A stretch of DNA of 64,000 nt from Candidatus Marinacidobacterales bacterium (GTDB lineage: Bacteria; Acidobacteriota; Vicinamibacteria; Marinacidobacterales; SMYC01): positions 1,792,001 through 1,856,000 of the forward strand of contig CBDCYI010000005.1 in NCBI GenBank assembly GCA_965224085.1. Reading direction: 5' to 3'. Below the pieces are notes generated by a model that saw only the letters and a program-made list of their open reading frames with translations, did no database searches and had not been told where the DNA came from. Each line of letters opens with the position of its first letter. Within the stretch, counting starts at the first letter, position 1. This document shows positions 1-10,801 of this stretch, one piece after another. Position numbers and translations under genes: made by a program.

Positions 1-1
1 C

Positions 2-724
2 GCGTCTCGTCGTACGGCTGAGCAGTTGATGCTCGAAGGGCGAGTCCAAGTAGACGGCGAAGTCATCACAGAGCTCGGAAGCGTTGCCGATCCGGACGCG
101 CAAGAAATCCGAGTCGATGGCTCCCGCGTGCGTGCCCGCCTTACTCGGCGCTACGTCGCGATCAACAAACCGCCCGGCTATGTCACCACGAGGTCGGACC
201 CGGGCCGGCGGCGGACGGTCATGGAGCTACTTCCCATCGCCTATCAGAGTTTGTTCCCGGTAGGCAGGCTCGACATGGCGACGAGCGGCCTCTTGGTCCT
301 GACCGACGACGGCGAGCTGGCGCAGAGACTGACCCATCCAAAATATCGGGTCGACAAAATCTATCTCGTGACCGTCGTCGGGATTCCGGGAGCGAGCGTA
401 TTTGAGAAGGCGGCGCGCGGCATCGTCGTCGAAGGCGAGCGTCTTTCGATCGAACACGTCCGTGTCCTTAGCTCGAGGCAAAGCAAGGATGCTTCCAGAC
501 CACGAACCCGAATGCGGGTGACTTTGCGCCAGGGTAAGAACCGGGAGATTCGGCGTCTGTTTCGCGCTCTCGGCTATCCGGTCGTCGAGCTGCACCGCGA
601 GCGCATCGGGCCGCTCTCCGTGCGAGGCCTCGCGCCTGGCGCTTTCCGGAAGCTGACCCCCGCCGAGGTCGCCACGCTAAAAAACGAAGCGCCGATGCGG
701 GCGCGGCGGACAAAGGTCAAGTGA
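2..724 (+). CDS. rluB: 23S rRNA pseudouridine synthase RluB/RsuA family (5'-partial, begins before window)
   Basis: S4-domain end (ASRRTAEQLMLEGRV), NKPPG, GRLD catalytic motif, GKNREIRR; upstream of cmk. Confidence 0.9.
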   Translation, partial: ASRRTAEQLMLEGRVQVDGEVITELGSVADPDAQEIRVDGSRVRARLTRRYVAINKPPGYVTTRSDPGRRRTVMELLPIAYQSLFPVGRLDMATSGLLVLTDDGELAQRLTHPKYRVDKIYLVTVVGIPGASVFEKAARGIVVEGERLSIEHVRVLSSRQSKDASRPRTRMRVTLRQGKNREIRRLFRALGYPVVELHRERIGPLSVRGLAPGAFRKLTPAEVATLKNEAPMRARRTKVK

Positions 725-1395
725 TCGCTCGAAACCGCCCTATCATCGCTATCGACGGGCCGGCTGGCGCGGGAAAGACCACCGCGGCCCGGAACATCGC
801 CGAGCGGCTGTCATTGCTCTATTTGGATACGGGCGCTACGTTCCGGGCCGTCGCGCTCAAAGCGCTGCGCGAGCGCATCGATATGAGCGACGGCGCTGCG
901 CTCGCTACTTTGGCGGCGAACTCTCGGATCGAGTTCGCGGGGGAGCGTTTCGAGCGCATCCTTCTCGATGGGGAGGACGTGAGCGAGGCCATTCGGGAGC
1001 AGCGCGTCGCGAACGCTTCGTCGAGAATCGCCGTCCACCCTGAGCTCCGGGCCCACCTCGTCGGCCTATGGCGTGCGATCGGAGCAAACGGCGGCGTAGT
1101 TCTGGAAGGGCGCGACATCGGAACCGTCGTCTTCCCGGACGCCGACGTCAAGTTCTTCCTCGATGCTCGCCCTGGCGAGCGCGCCAAACGCCGCTTCACC
1201 GAACAGGCCGAAAAGGAGTCCGTGACACTTCGTCGGATAACCCACGACCTCGAGGTCCGTGACGAATCCGACCGCAACCGCGCCCACTCCCCTCTCCGCC
1301 GCGCCGAAGACGCCATAGAAATCGACACCACCAACCGAACCCCCGAACAAACCCTGCAAGAACTCCTAAAAGCCGCCACCCAAAAACTAAACTAG
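721..1395 (+). CDS. cmk: cytidylate kinase
   Basis: IAIDGPAGAGKTT P-loop, LDTGA, EGRDIGTVVFPDA. Confidence 0.97.
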   Translation: MIARNRPIIAIDGPAGAGKTTAARNIAERLSLLYLDTGATFRAVALKALRERIDMSDGAALATLAANSRIEFAGERFERILLDGEDVSEAIREQRVANASSRIAVHPELRAHLVGLWRAIGANGGVVLEGRDIGTVVFPDADVKFFLDARPGERAKRRFTEQAEKESVTLRRITHDLEVRDESDRNRAHSPLRRAEDAIEIDTTNRTPEQTLQELLKAATQKLN

Positions 1396-1486
1396 CACCC
1401 AACCTGTCCCGAAGACTAAGATGGCCGTATACGCCCATCAGAGGCACCCACGCCACGTGCCCCTGAATGCTGCATGCTCAGGCCAC

Positions 1487-1516
1487 TTGACATAAACCAA
1501 TTAAATAGAGTAGGAT
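1487..1516 (+). promoter_or_regulatory. sigma70 promoter upstream of rpsA
   Basis: TTGACA-18 nt AT-rich spacer-TAGGAT. Confidence 0.6.
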
Positions 1517-1631
1517 AACGGCTTGCAGGTTAAGCCCGCCCCGTTAAAAGCGAGCCCATCCAAAAAAGCAATCTCGGCCGTTTGCGTGCGCACCTGTAAA
1601 TCATCGAGTTCTAGGAGGAAACAAACCAGGC

Positions 1632-3416
1632 ATGGTGGAAACCAACAACGCAACGCAAAGCCTCGTCGAAGGAGGTGACGGGGAGCAAATCGAAGATTTC
1701 ATTCCCGCCGCGGAATACGAAAAGCTTTTGGACGCCTACAACAGCAACATCACCGAGGGCGAAGTCGTCTCGGGCAAAGTGCTGCAGGTTTCGGACAGTG
1801 AAGTGGTCGTCGATGTCGGCTACAAGTCCGAAGGCATGATCAACGTCAACGAGTTCCGGGACGAGACCGGAGCGATCACGGTAAAACCCGGTGACACCGT
1901 CGACGTTCTTCTGGAAAAGGCCGAAGACAAGAACGGCTATCTCGTGCTCTCGCGCGAGAAAGCCGAGAAGATGAAAGTCTGGGACGTCATCGAAGAGGCC
2001 TATAACACCAAAGCGATCGTCAAAGGGCGTGTCATCGAGCGCATCAAAGGCGGCCTCGCCGTCGATATCGGCGTGCGTGCGTTCTTGCCCGGATCTCAAG
2101 TGGATGTGCGCCCGGTACGTAATCTCGACAGCCTAAAAGGGCAAGAGCTCGAGATGCGGGTCATCAAAGTCAATAAGAAGCGCGGCAACATAGTTCTTTC
2201 CCGCAAAGTCGTGCTCGAAGAAGGTCTCACCGAGCGGAAGTCCGAAACGCTCGACGCGCTCGAAGAGGGCCGTGTCTTTCGCGGGGTTGTCAAGAACCTT
2301 ACGGATTACGGCGCTTTCATTGATCTCGGCGGCATCGACGGCCTTCTCCACATCACCGACATGTCCTTCGGGCGTATCCAGCACCCGTCGGAGCTGTTCA
2401 ACGTGGGCGACCAAACCGAGGTCGTCGTACTGAAGTTCGACCGCGAGCAAGAGCGTGTCTCGCTCGGCTTCAAACAACTCTCGGCCGACCCTTGGGAATC
2501 GGCGCAGTCTCGCTTTCCCACCGGGGAGCGCGTGAAAGGCAAAGTCGTCAGCCTCACCGATTACGGCGCTTTCGTCGAGCTCGAGCCAGGCGTCGAGGGC
2601 CTCATCCACGTCTCCGAGATGTCGTGGAGCAAGCGCGTGAAGCACCCTTCGAAAGTACTCACGGTCGGCGACGAAATCGAAGCCATGGTTCTCCAAGTCG
2701 ACAGCCAAGAGCGCCGCATTAGCCTTGGTCTCAAACAGATCGAGCCGAACCCGTGGCAGCAGCTCGCGGAAAAATATCAAACAGGTGCGCGCATCGAGGG
2801 CAAAGTACGAAACCTCACCGATTTCGGCGCCTTTGTCGAAGTGGCGGATGGTATCGACGGCCTCATCCACATCTCTGACATGAGCTGGAACAAGCGCGTG
2901 AGCCATCCCTCGGAAGTTCTCAAAAAGGGTGACACGGTCGACGCCCTCGTTCTGAACATCGACGCCGAGAACCAGCGCCTTTCGCTCGGTTTGAAGCAGA
3001 TGGGCGAGGACACGTGGGAAGAGTTCTTCAACCGTCATCAAGAAGGCGATGTCGTGGACGGCAAAGTGGTCCGGTTCACGAATTTCGGAGCCTTCATCGA
3101 GATCGAGGAAGGGATCGAAGGTCTCTTGCACGTCTCGGAAGTCGAGGACGAGCGCGTCGAACAAGCCGAGGACAAGCTCGTGGTCGGCGACTCCTACCGC
3201 ATGAAGATCATCAAGATGTCGCAGCAGGAGCGCAAGATCGGGCTCTCGATTCGAGCGGTCAACGTGGAAGACTACGAAGCGCATTACTCGAGCCAAGGCT
3301 CTCCCGATGCCACCTTGGGAGACGTCGCGGATTTCGGGGCGGACTGGGGCTCGAGCTCTCGAGCCAATCCCGAGACCGACGCGGCGGACAAGACGGAGAG
3401 CGAGTCGGAAGGATAG
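1632..3416 (+). CDS. rpsA: 30S ribosomal protein S1
   Basis: six S1 repeats (DYGAFIDLGGIDGLLHITDMS etc.); cmk-rpsA-ihfB synteny. Confidence 0.98.
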   Translation: MVETNNATQSLVEGGDGEQIEDFIPAAEYEKLLDAYNSNITEGEVVSGKVLQVSDSEVVVDVGYKSEGMINVNEFRDETGAITVKPGDTVDVLLEKAEDKNGYLVLSREKAEKMKVWDVIEEAYNTKAIVKGRVIERIKGGLAVDIGVRAFLPGSQVDVRPVRNLDSLKGQELEMRVIKVNKKRGNIVLSRKVVLEEGLTERKSETLDALEEGRVFRGVVKNLTDYGAFIDLGGIDGLLHITDMSFGRIQHPSELFNVGDQTEVVVLKFDREQERVSLGFKQLSADPWESAQSRFPTGERVKGKVVSLTDYGAFVELEPGVEGLIHVSEMSWSKRVKHPSKVLTVGDEIEAMVLQVDSQERRISLGLKQIEPNPWQQLAEKYQTGARIEGKVRNLTDFGAFVEVADGIDGLIHISDMSWNKRVSHPSEVLKKGDTVDALVLNIDAENQRLSLGLKQMGEDTWEEFFNRHQEGDVVDGKVVRFTNFGAFIEIEEGIEGLLHVSEVEDERVEQAEDKLVVGDSYRMKIIKMSQQERKIGLSIRAVNVEDYEAHYSSQGSPDATLGDVADFGADWGSSSRANPETDAADKTESESEG

Positions 3417-3514
3417 GATCTCTGTGGCGGCTCGGCATCGGCGCTCGCGACAAATAGCTATCGGGAGCTACCGGGCCGGGCCGCTCCGGTATTTGAGAAG
3501 GGAGTCTTTCAGTC

Positions 3515-3832
3515 ATGACGAAAGCGGAACTGATCGAAGAAGTGTCGCGAGTGTCGGATTTGACCAAAAAACACTCTGAGATCATCGTGGATACCGTTTT
3601 CAAGAGCATCATCAATGCTCTTCACCGTGGCGACAAGATCGAGCTTCGAGGCTTCGGTAGCTTTCGGATCCGGCAGCGCGAGTCCCGCAAGGGACGTAAT
3701 CCGAAGACGGGCGAGCGCGTCGATGTGCCCGCGAAGAAAGTTCCCTATTTCAAACCGGGCAAAGAGCTCAAAGAGCTCATCAACCAGACTCAGCAGGAAG
3801 AGCTCGCGCCGCCGCCTCAGGCTGAGCTCTAG
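3515..3832 (+). CDS. ihfB: integration host factor beta / HU family
   Basis: MTKAELI, IELRGFGSF, GRNPKTGE, FKPGKELK; follows rpsA. Confidence 0.9.
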   Translation: MTKAELIEEVSRVSDLTKKHSEIIVDTVFKSIINALHRGDKIELRGFGSFRIRQRESRKGRNPKTGERVDVPAKKVPYFKPGKELKELINQTQQEELAPPPQAEL

Positions 3833-3908
3833 CGACACCGTTCTTCGCTGCCCGTACACCGCTTTGTATTTACATGAGCTCCGCCCGGAGTAAACTGAGG
3901 CCAACGCC

Positions 3909-6900
3909 ATGACGACGTCCGTGACGCGGTACGAGCCCACTAATCCGGTGCGTTTCGTGACGGCCGCGTCGCTTTTTGACGGCCACGACGCTTCCATCAA
4001 CATCATCCGCCGCCTTCTCCAAGCGCGTGGCGTCGAAGTGATCCACCTCGGGCATAATCGCTCCGTCGCGGAGATCGTGGACGCCGTCATCGAAGAAGAC
4101 GCGCACGCGGTTGCGGTGAGCTCTTATCAGGGCGGTCACAACCAATATTTTCGCTATCTCGTCGACCGGCTTCGCGACGGCGGCGCGCCGCACGTCAAAG
4201 TGTTCGGCGGCGGCGGCGGCGTCATTATCCCGAGCGAGATTAGAGCGCTCGAAGCCTACGGCATAACCAAGATCTACTCTCCGGAAGACGGCTTGAGCCT
4301 CGGCCTAGCCGGCATTATCGACCATATGGTGCGAGAAGCGGACTTTACGCTCGCGCCCGTCTCTAGAAACGGCGACTTGTCCTGGCTCGAGGCGGGCGAA
4401 GTCCCTAAGCTCGCGCGTCTCATCACCCAAGCCGAGGCCGACGAACCCGGGCTGAGCGCCGAGCTCGACAAACGTGTCGGGAAGATCGCGGAGGAGCGGA
4501 GAGTGCCCGTCCTCGGCATCACGGGTACCGGAGGCGCAGGGAAAAGCTCTTTGACGGACGAGATCATACGACGGCTCGTCGCGGATGCGCCCGAGCTTCG
4601 GATCGGAGTCGTGTCGGTCGACCCGTCGAAGCGAAAGACGGGCGGTGCGCTTCTCGGTGACCGCATTCGCATGAACGCCATCGACCACGAACACGTTTTC
4701 ATGCGAAGCCTTGCGACGCGCGGCTCGGGCTCCGAGCTTTCCCACGCGACCGACGAAGCGATCCGGATTCTCAAAGCCTCCGGGTTCGACATCATTTTCG
4801 TCGAGACGAGCGGTATCGGGCAGGGATCGTCGGCCGTCGCGGACATCTGCGACGTGAGCCTCTATGTCATGACCCCGGAATATGGCGCGGCGTCCCAGCT
4901 CGAGAAGATCGACATGCTCGACTTTGCCGACGTGGTGGCGATCAACAAATTCGATCGTCGCGGCAGCGATGACGCGCTTCGCGACGTGCGCAAGCAGTTT
5001 CGCCGGAACAAACAAATCTTGCACGACTTGGCCCCAACCGATGACGCGCTGCCTATTTACGGAACCATCGCGAGCCAGTTTGGCGATCGCGGCGTCACCG
5101 CACTGTACCTGCATCTACTCGCTCGCATGCGCGCTCTCGTTCCCGAGCTGCCGGCATCGTCATTGAGCGTCCCTGCCGGTGTCTCGACTGGAGTGCGTCA
5201 TGCGCTCATCCCGGACAAGCGCGTACGTTATCTCGGCGAGATTGCGGAGCTTGCTCGGAGCGAGCGCGCCCGCGTCGAGGAGCAAGTGAGTATCGCCCGG
5301 CGCTTGCAACATCTCGATGGCGCCGCCAAAGAGTGCCGTGAGCCAGAGGTCGAGGCGGCCCTTCGCCGAAGGTATGATGAGCTTCGGAAGGATCTCGATG
5401 ATGAGAGCTGGCGGCTCATCGAGTCTTGGCCCGAGCTCAAGTCGCATTACGCTCGAGAGACGGTGGGCTTCGAAGTGCGCGGCCGCGAGGTCCGAGTCGA
5501 AGCTACGACGAAGACCTTGAGCGGGGGCGTCGTTCCCAAAGTGGCTCTCCCTCGATTCGAGGATTGGGGCGAGATCTTGCGATTTCGTTTGAATGAGAAC
5601 ATCCCCGGCGAGTATCCGTTCACTGCCGGTGTCTATCCCTTCAAACGCAGCGAAGAATCTCCGCGCCGCCAATTCGCCGGTGAAGGCGGGCCGCGGCGCA
5701 CGAATGAGCGCTTCCACTTTCTTTCACGCAACGACAAAGCGAAGCGTCTTTCGACGGCCTTCGATAGCGTGACCCTCTACGGTGAAGAGCCGGACGAGCG
5801 GCCCGACATCTACGGAAAGATCGGCGAGGGGGGCGTCTCGATCGCCACCCTCGACGACATCAAAGAGCTCTATGCCGGATTCGACCTCGGAGACTCGCGG
5901 ACGAGCGTGTCGATGACGATCAACGGCCCCGCGCCGACCATCCTCGCCATGTTTTTCAACACGGTCATCGACCAGCAGTTGGAGCGTTTCGAGCGCGAGC
6001 AGGCAAGGGCTGCGAGCGCCGACGAGCGCGAGCGTATCGCGAGCGACACTCTCCGTGTGGTCCGCGGCACCGTCCAAGCGGACATATTGAAAGAGGATCA
6101 AGCGCAGAACACGTGCATCTTTTCGACGGAGTTCTCGCTACGCCTGATGGGGGATGTACAGCAATATTTCATCGACAAAAACGTGCGGAACTTCTACTCG
6201 GTATCGATCTCGGGGTACCACATCGCAGAAGCGGGGGCGAACCCGTTAACCCAGCTCGCCTTCACCCTCGCGAACGGCTTTACCTATGTCGAGTATTACC
6301 TCGCTCGAGGCATGCCGATCGATTCCTTCGCGCCGAACCTGTCCTTTTTCTTCAGCAACGGGCTCGACCCGGAATACTCGGTGATGGGACGCGTCGCGAG
6401 GCGGCTTTGGGCGCGCGTTTTGAAGCACTGCTACGGTGCGAACGAGCGCAGCCAAAAGTTCAAATACCACATCCAGACTTCGGGCCGCACCCTTCATGCC
6501 CGCGAAATTCAATTCAATGATATCCGCACGACGCTCCAAGCGTTGACCGCGGTCTACGACAACTGCAACTCGCTCCACACCAACGCCTATGACGAGGCGA
6601 TCACGACGCCGACGGCGGAGTCCGTGCGCCGCGCGATGGCCATCCAACAGATCATTCACAAAGAGTTCGGTATCGTGAACAACGAGAACCCGCTTCAAGG
6701 CTCCTACATCATGGAAGAGCTGACCGACTTCGTGGAAGAAGCGGTGCTCGCGGAGTTCGACCGCATCAACGCGCGCGGGGGCGTCTTGGGCGCGATCGAG
6801 CTTCAATATCAAAGAAGCCGCATTCAGGAAGAGTCGCTTCACTACGAGCTCAAGAAGGACAGCGGCGAGCTTCCCGTCGTGGGCGTGAATTGTTTCCTCG

Positions 6901-7175
6901 ATCCCGACGCTGCCACTGCCGACGTTGAGCCGCCTCGCGAGGTGCAGCTCGCGCGCGCATCGGATCAGGAAAAGCGAGATCAGATCGATCGCCTGCGCGG
7001 CTTTAAGGCCCGTCATGAAGGAGAAACGGCGGATGCGCTCGCGCGTTTGAAGAAGGTGGCGCTCGCCGAGGAAAACGTGTTTGCGGAGTTGATGCACACG
7101 GTTCGGGTAGCGAGCCTTGGTCAAATCACCCATGCGCTCTACGAAGTGGGCGGGCAATATCGGAGAGCGATGTGA
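3909..7175 (+). CDS. icmF: fused isobutyryl-CoA mutase / MeaB GTPase IcmF
   Basis: N-terminal B12-binding [13 protein letters not shown] GTPase, mutase domain with RQFAGEG (Phe at the specificity position). Confidence 0.92.
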   Translation: MTTSVTRYEPTNPVRFVTAASLFDGHDASINIIRRLLQARGVEVIHLGHNRSVAEIVDAVIEEDAHAVAVSSYQGGHNQYFRYLVDRLRDGGAPHVKVFGGGGGVIIPSEIRALEAYGITKIYSPEDGLSLGLAGIIDHMVREADFTLAPVSRNGDLSWLEAGEVPKLARLITQAEADEPGLSAELDKRVGKIAEERRVPVLGITGTGGAGKSSLTDEIIRRLVADAPELRIGVVSVDPSKRKTGGALLGDRIRMNAIDHEHVFMRSLATRGSGSELSHATDEAIRILKASGFDIIFVETSGIGQGSSAVADICDVSLYVMTPEYGAASQLEKIDMLDFADVVAINKFDRRGSDDALRDVRKQFRRNKQILHDLAPTDDALPIYGTIASQFGDRGVTALYLHLLARMRALVPELPASSLSVPAGVSTGVRHALIPDKRVRYLGEIAELARSERARVEEQVSIARRLQHLDGAAKECREPEVEAALRRRYDELRKDLDDESWRLIESWPELKSHYARETVGFEVRGREVRVEATTKTLSGGVVPKVALPRFEDWGEILRFRLNENIPGEYPFTAGVYPFKRSEESPRRQFAGEGGPRRTNERFHFLSRNDKAKRLSTAFDSVTLYGEEPDERPDIYGKIGEGGVSIATLDDIKELYAGFDLGDSRTSVSMTINGPAPTILAMFFNTVIDQQLERFEREQARAASADERERIASDTLRVVRGTVQADILKEDQAQNTCIFSTEFSLRLMGDVQQYFIDKNVRNFYSVSISGYHIAEAGANPLTQLAFTLANGFTYVEYYLARGMPIDSFAPNLSFFFSNGLDPEYSVMGRVARRLWARVLKHCYGANERSQKFKYHIQTSGRTLHAREIQFNDIRTTLQALTAVYDNCNSLHTNAYDEAITTPTAESVRRAMAIQQIIHKEFGIVNNENPLQGSYIMEELTDFVEEAVLAEFDRINARGGVLGAIELQYQRSRIQEESLHYELKKDSGELPVVGVNCFLDPDAATADVEPPREVQLARASDQEKRDQIDRLRGFKARHEGETADALARLKKVALAEENVFAELMHTVRVASLGQITHALYEVGGQYRRAM

Positions 7176-7579
7176 ACGCTTCCCCTCGGCCCCTTCGAAT
7201 CCTGGTCGCGAAACCCGGGCTCGATGGGCATGACCGCGGAGCGCTTGTTGTCGCGCGCGCGCTGCGAGATGCAGGCATGGAAGCGATTTACACGGGGCTT
7301 CGTCGGACGCCCGAACAGATCGTGGAGGCTGCGCTTCAAGAAGATGTCGATGCCATCGGCGTGTCGATCCTTTCGGGCGCGCATCAACATCTACTGTCCC
7401 GCATCCTGGGGCTCCTGAAAGAGAAGGAAATGAGCGACGTGCTCCTATTCGCGGGCGGCATCATCCCCGACCAGGACGTCTCCAGTCTTTTGGAAATGGG
7501 CGTGGCGGCGGTTTTCCAGCCGGCCTCGTCCACGTGTGAGATCACAGACTTCCTATTCGAGCGGCTAAAGCCTTCGTAA
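7172..7579 (+). CDS. stand-alone cobalamin-binding subunit of an acyl-CoA mutase
   Basis: [26 protein letters not shown] motifs. Confidence 0.93.
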   Translation: MNASPRPLRILVAKPGLDGHDRGALVVARALRDAGMEAIYTGLRRTPEQIVEAALQEDVDAIGVSILSGAHQHLLSRILGLLKEKEMSDVLLFAGGIIPDQDVSSLLEMGVAAVFQPASSTCEITDFLFERLKPS

Positions 7580-7604
7580 GGAAGGAATTATGATGTTGCC
7601 TCGG

Positions 7605-7633
7605 TTGACACGATCCCGCGCTGGTGCTACCAT
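7605..7633 (+). promoter_or_regulatory. sigma70 promoter of the RomR-like gene
   Basis: TTGACA-17 nt-TACCAT with extended TG; GGAGG RBS before ATG 7720. Confidence 0.7.
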
Positions 7634-7719
7634 TTTCAAACTTGCGGAATCACGCTCTGTGATCGCGATTCGCACGTCCAAGATACGGCAATCGATCTCG
7701 GAATCCGGAAGGAGGGGCG

Positions 7720-9360
7720 ATGGGACATAAAATCCTGCTCGCCGACGACAGCATTACGATACAAAAGGTTATCGAGCTAACGTTTTCCGACGAGGATTTC
7801 GAGCTCCACACCGTTGGAAACGGACAGAAGGCGATGGACGAGATTCGTTCCGTCCGACCAGACATCGTTCTATGCGACATTATCATGCCGGAGAAGAACG
7901 GGTACGAAGTTTGCGAATTCATCAAGTCCAGCGACGACTTGAAGCAAATACCGGTATTGCTTCTGACCGGAGCATTCGAGCCTTTTGATCAAGAGCGCGC
8001 CAAGGCTGCCGGGTGTGAAAGCTTTCTCGCGAAACCGTTCGAGCCTCAAACACTCATTGCCAAGGTCAAGGAGCTTCTCACCGGAGCGACTGGCGACGTG
8101 GCACAAGCTGCGGCCCCGCCCGCACAGCCGCCTGCGCCCGTACCTCTTGCTCCGCCGCCACCCGCTCCACCACTAGCCGCTCCACCGCCAGCACCAGAGC
8201 CCGACTTCACCAACTTGCCCATCGAAGACGAGACCGTGCTCGTTCAGCCTCCTTCGTTAGGCACGCCCCCGCCCATGACTGGGCCGCAAATACCTGCGCC
8301 ACCGATGCCGCCGCCCATCGAGACGCCAGCCATCGATGATCTCGATGACGCCTTCGCCGTGGAAGCGGGTGAGCGTGAGCTCGCGATGGATCCCGGAGAC
8401 CATACGATGCTGCTCGCGGCTCCGGACGCCCCGGCGACGCCTCTGTCCACGAGCGGCGATGATATCTGGAGCGAAGTGCCCGAGGCACCGGCTGCGCCCG
8501 CCGCGCCGGCCTCCATGGAACCCGAGCCGCCAGCGATCGATGAGGAAGCACAGGCTGCCACGGTCTTCATGTCCCCGCCGCTCTCATCCGAGCCGGCCGA
8601 CGCTGGTATCGGCGAAACCATCGAAGAAGAGCTCGACAGGAGTGAAGCCGAAGACCCCGACGCGACGTGGCAAGTGCCGAGCGGAACAAAGGTGGTGATA
8701 CCGCAGGCCGATGGTGGGCTGAGTGATGTCCCGCCCGCGCCGGGTGGTTTCGAACCACCTCCGTCGCCGACGCCAGTGACCGATGCTGCCCCGCCGGACG
8801 AGCGGCCCACGATAGCGATGCCGATGGAGCCTCTACCCGGTGCGGACCTGTTCGTGGAGCCGACGGGCGATGATGTGGCTCCGCCCATCCCGTCGCCCAT
8901 CCCTTCGATCGACATGCCAGTGACGATGGAAGAGCTGGCTGCGGGAGCCGATGCTTTTTCGCCGGCACCACCGAGCTCCCCCGAGCCGAGTCCTCCCGAG
9001 TATCCACAACCTCCGGACTCGCCAAATATGCTAAGCGAGGTCGAAACACCTTTTGCTCCAGTAGCGTCGGTGACGCCTGAACCGCCCGCGCCACCCGTGG
9101 CTCCGCCCGCCGCTGAACCGCCTGTTCCCATAGACGTGACCCAACCCGCGCCCCCACCGGTCGCGAGCTCGGAGCCGGAGACGCCTACGCCGGGTGGCGT
9201 GGACGACGATCTCGTCGAGCGCATCGCGCAACGTGTCGTCGACAAGCTCTCTTCCAAAGTCATAAAGGAGATCGCTTGGGAAGTCGTTCCGGATTTGGCC
9301 GAGGGCCTCATCCAGAAGGAAATCGACGTGTTGAAGTCTAAGATGCCGAAATCGGGGTAG
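7720..9360 (+). CDS. RomR-like response regulator (receiver, Pro/acidic disordered linker, conserved C-terminal helix)
   Basis: ILLADDS...DIIMP...KPF receiver; about 370 aa P/A/E/D-rich linker; C-terminal KEIAWEVVPDLAEGLIQKEI. Confidence 0.8.
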   Translation: MGHKILLADDSITIQKVIELTFSDEDFELHTVGNGQKAMDEIRSVRPDIVLCDIIMPEKNGYEVCEFIKSSDDLKQIPVLLLTGAFEPFDQERAKAAGCESFLAKPFEPQTLIAKVKELLTGATGDVAQAAAPPAQPPAPVPLAPPPPAPPLAAPPPAPEPDFTNLPIEDETVLVQPPSLGTPPPMTGPQIPAPPMPPPIETPAIDDLDDAFAVEAGERELAMDPGDHTMLLAAPDAPATPLSTSGDDIWSEVPEAPAAPAAPASMEPEPPAIDEEAQAATVFMSPPLSSEPADAGIGETIEEELDRSEAEDPDATWQVPSGTKVVIPQADGGLSDVPPAPGGFEPPPSPTPVTDAAPPDERPTIAMPMEPLPGADLFVEPTGDDVAPPIPSPIPSIDMPVTMEELAAGADAFSPAPPSSPEPSPPEYPQPPDSPNMLSEVETPFAPVASVTPEPPAPPVAPPAAEPPVPIDVTQPAPPPVASSEPETPTPGGVDDDLVERIAQRVVDKLSSKVIKEIAWEVVPDLAEGLIQKEIDVLKSKMPKSG

Positions 9361-9464
9361 CGACCTCGAACGCGAAGCCTTCCCTCGCCGCGAGACTCAG
9401 AGCCCAAGGTGCCGGTTTCGGTGCCTTTATCCTTCACGTCGGCCGCTGCGTTTCGACGAACGAC

Positions 9465-10148
9465 TTGGCGCTTCATTATGCGAAGCACGCGGCGCCTCAC
9501 GGAAGTCTCTTTCTCGCGAGCGAGCAGAGTGGCGGACGTGGACGTTGGAAACGGCGCTGGGAATCGGCCCCAGGTGGCCTCTATCTGAGCATTCTCCTTC
9601 GGCCCGAAGCTGACTTCGCGCCATCGCTCCTGCCTCTTCTCACTTCGGTCTCTACGGCGGAAGCGATTCACGACATCTGCGGGCTCGACGTGCGCTTGCG
9701 ATGGCCGAATGACCTCTATGTGAACGAGCGAAAGCTCGCCGGGATTCTGTGCGAAGGTTCTTACACAGGCTCGCGGGCGGAGGTCTTCGTCGTCGGCATC
9801 GGCATCAATGTGGGCCAGCCGCTGGAAAGCTTTCCGACGGACGTCCGGGATCGAGCGACGTCTATCCAAGGGGTTCATGCCGGAGCGCTCGAGACGGAGG
9901 CGGTCGCGGCTCGCGTCGTGTCGCGCTTCGAATATTGGTGGAGCGAGCGCGAAGCGGCGCGCGTTTTGGCCCGCTGCCGTGAGCTCGCGGCAGTTGATAC
10001 TGGACGGAGGGTTCTCGTGCAGCCGCGCGAAGGAGAGGGCTATCGTGCGATCATCCACGGTCTTGCCGATGATGGTGGGCTGGCGGTGGAGGTTGCGGAT
10101 GGGACGCGTCGCGTGCTTTATTCGGATGACGTTCTTTATCTGAAGTAG
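9465..10148 (+). CDS. birA: biotin-protein ligase (true start likely upstream; STND motif precedes the TTG)
   Basis: QSGGRGRWKRRW, RWPND, KLAGILCE, GIGINV. Confidence 0.9.
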   Translation: MALHYAKHAAPHGSLFLASEQSGGRGRWKRRWESAPGGLYLSILLRPEADFAPSLLPLLTSVSTAEAIHDICGLDVRLRWPNDLYVNERKLAGILCEGSYTGSRAEVFVVGIGINVGQPLESFPTDVRDRATSIQGVHAGALETEAVAARVVSRFEYWWSEREAARVLARCRELAAVDTGRRVLVQPREGEGYRAIIHGLADDGGLAVEVADGTRRVLYSDDVLYLK

Positions 10149-10159
10149 GGGCGTTCTTT

Positions 10160-10798
10160 TTGGATGGCGAAGGACATTATTATGGGTTGGTCGCGGACTA
10201 TTTCGTCGAGTGCCGGGGAAGCCCGCTCTTCATCACTCCGGCGGAATGGTTTCTCATCTTTCGCTGGGAAGAGCAGAGGATACCGCTGTCGGTCGTCAAA
10301 GAAGGGATCGATCGTGTCTTCGAGCGGCCGAAAACACGCGCCAAGCCGCGTAAGCTCGGCTATTGCCGGCAAACAGTGGAAGCTGCCTTTCGTCGTTTTC
10401 GTGAAGTGAGTCTCGGAGGGGGGAAGCGCGAAAAAGACAGCGAGCCACCCTTCGACCCTAGCGGACATCTCGAAGCGATCGCTGCCGCGATCGAAGGCCT
10501 CGACGTCAAAACTGCGAGCGGTATCGCGTCACGAGTCCGTGACTTGATCGATTCGGACCAAAGCCTCGTCGGAATCGAAGACGACCTCACCGCCATCGAC
10601 AAAGAGCTCCTCGATGCCATCGAAGTCGAGCTCGAAGACGACGTGCGGAGCGAGCTGCTTCGCGAGGCTCAGGACTCGCTCGCCTCATATCGAGAACGGA
10701 TGCCGAAAAAGGTTTATGACGCGGCGGCGAGGAGCGCTTATCGCCGCAGATTGCGCTTGAGGCGCGCTCTGCCCCGAGTCACTCTTTTCGACGTCTAG
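10160..10798 (+). CDS. hypothetical protein
   Basis: 212 aa ORF in operon between birA and rlmD; its TAG stop is part of the IS target site. Confidence 0.75.
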   Translation: MDGEGHYYGLVADYFVECRGSPLFITPAEWFLIFRWEEQRIPLSVVKEGIDRVFERPKTRAKPRKLGYCRQTVEAAFRRFREVSLGGGKREKDSEPPFDPSGHLEAIAAAIEGLDVKTASGIASRVRDLIDSDQSLVGIEDDLTAIDKELLDAIEVELEDDVRSELLREAQDSLASYRERMPKKVYDAAARSAYRRRLRLRRALPRVTLFDV

Positions 10799-10801
10799 CT
10801 A

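Noticed and set aside
8244-10058. 604-aa Gly-rich minus-strand ORF
   Set aside because: Mirror of the Pro-rich RomR-like linker and birA
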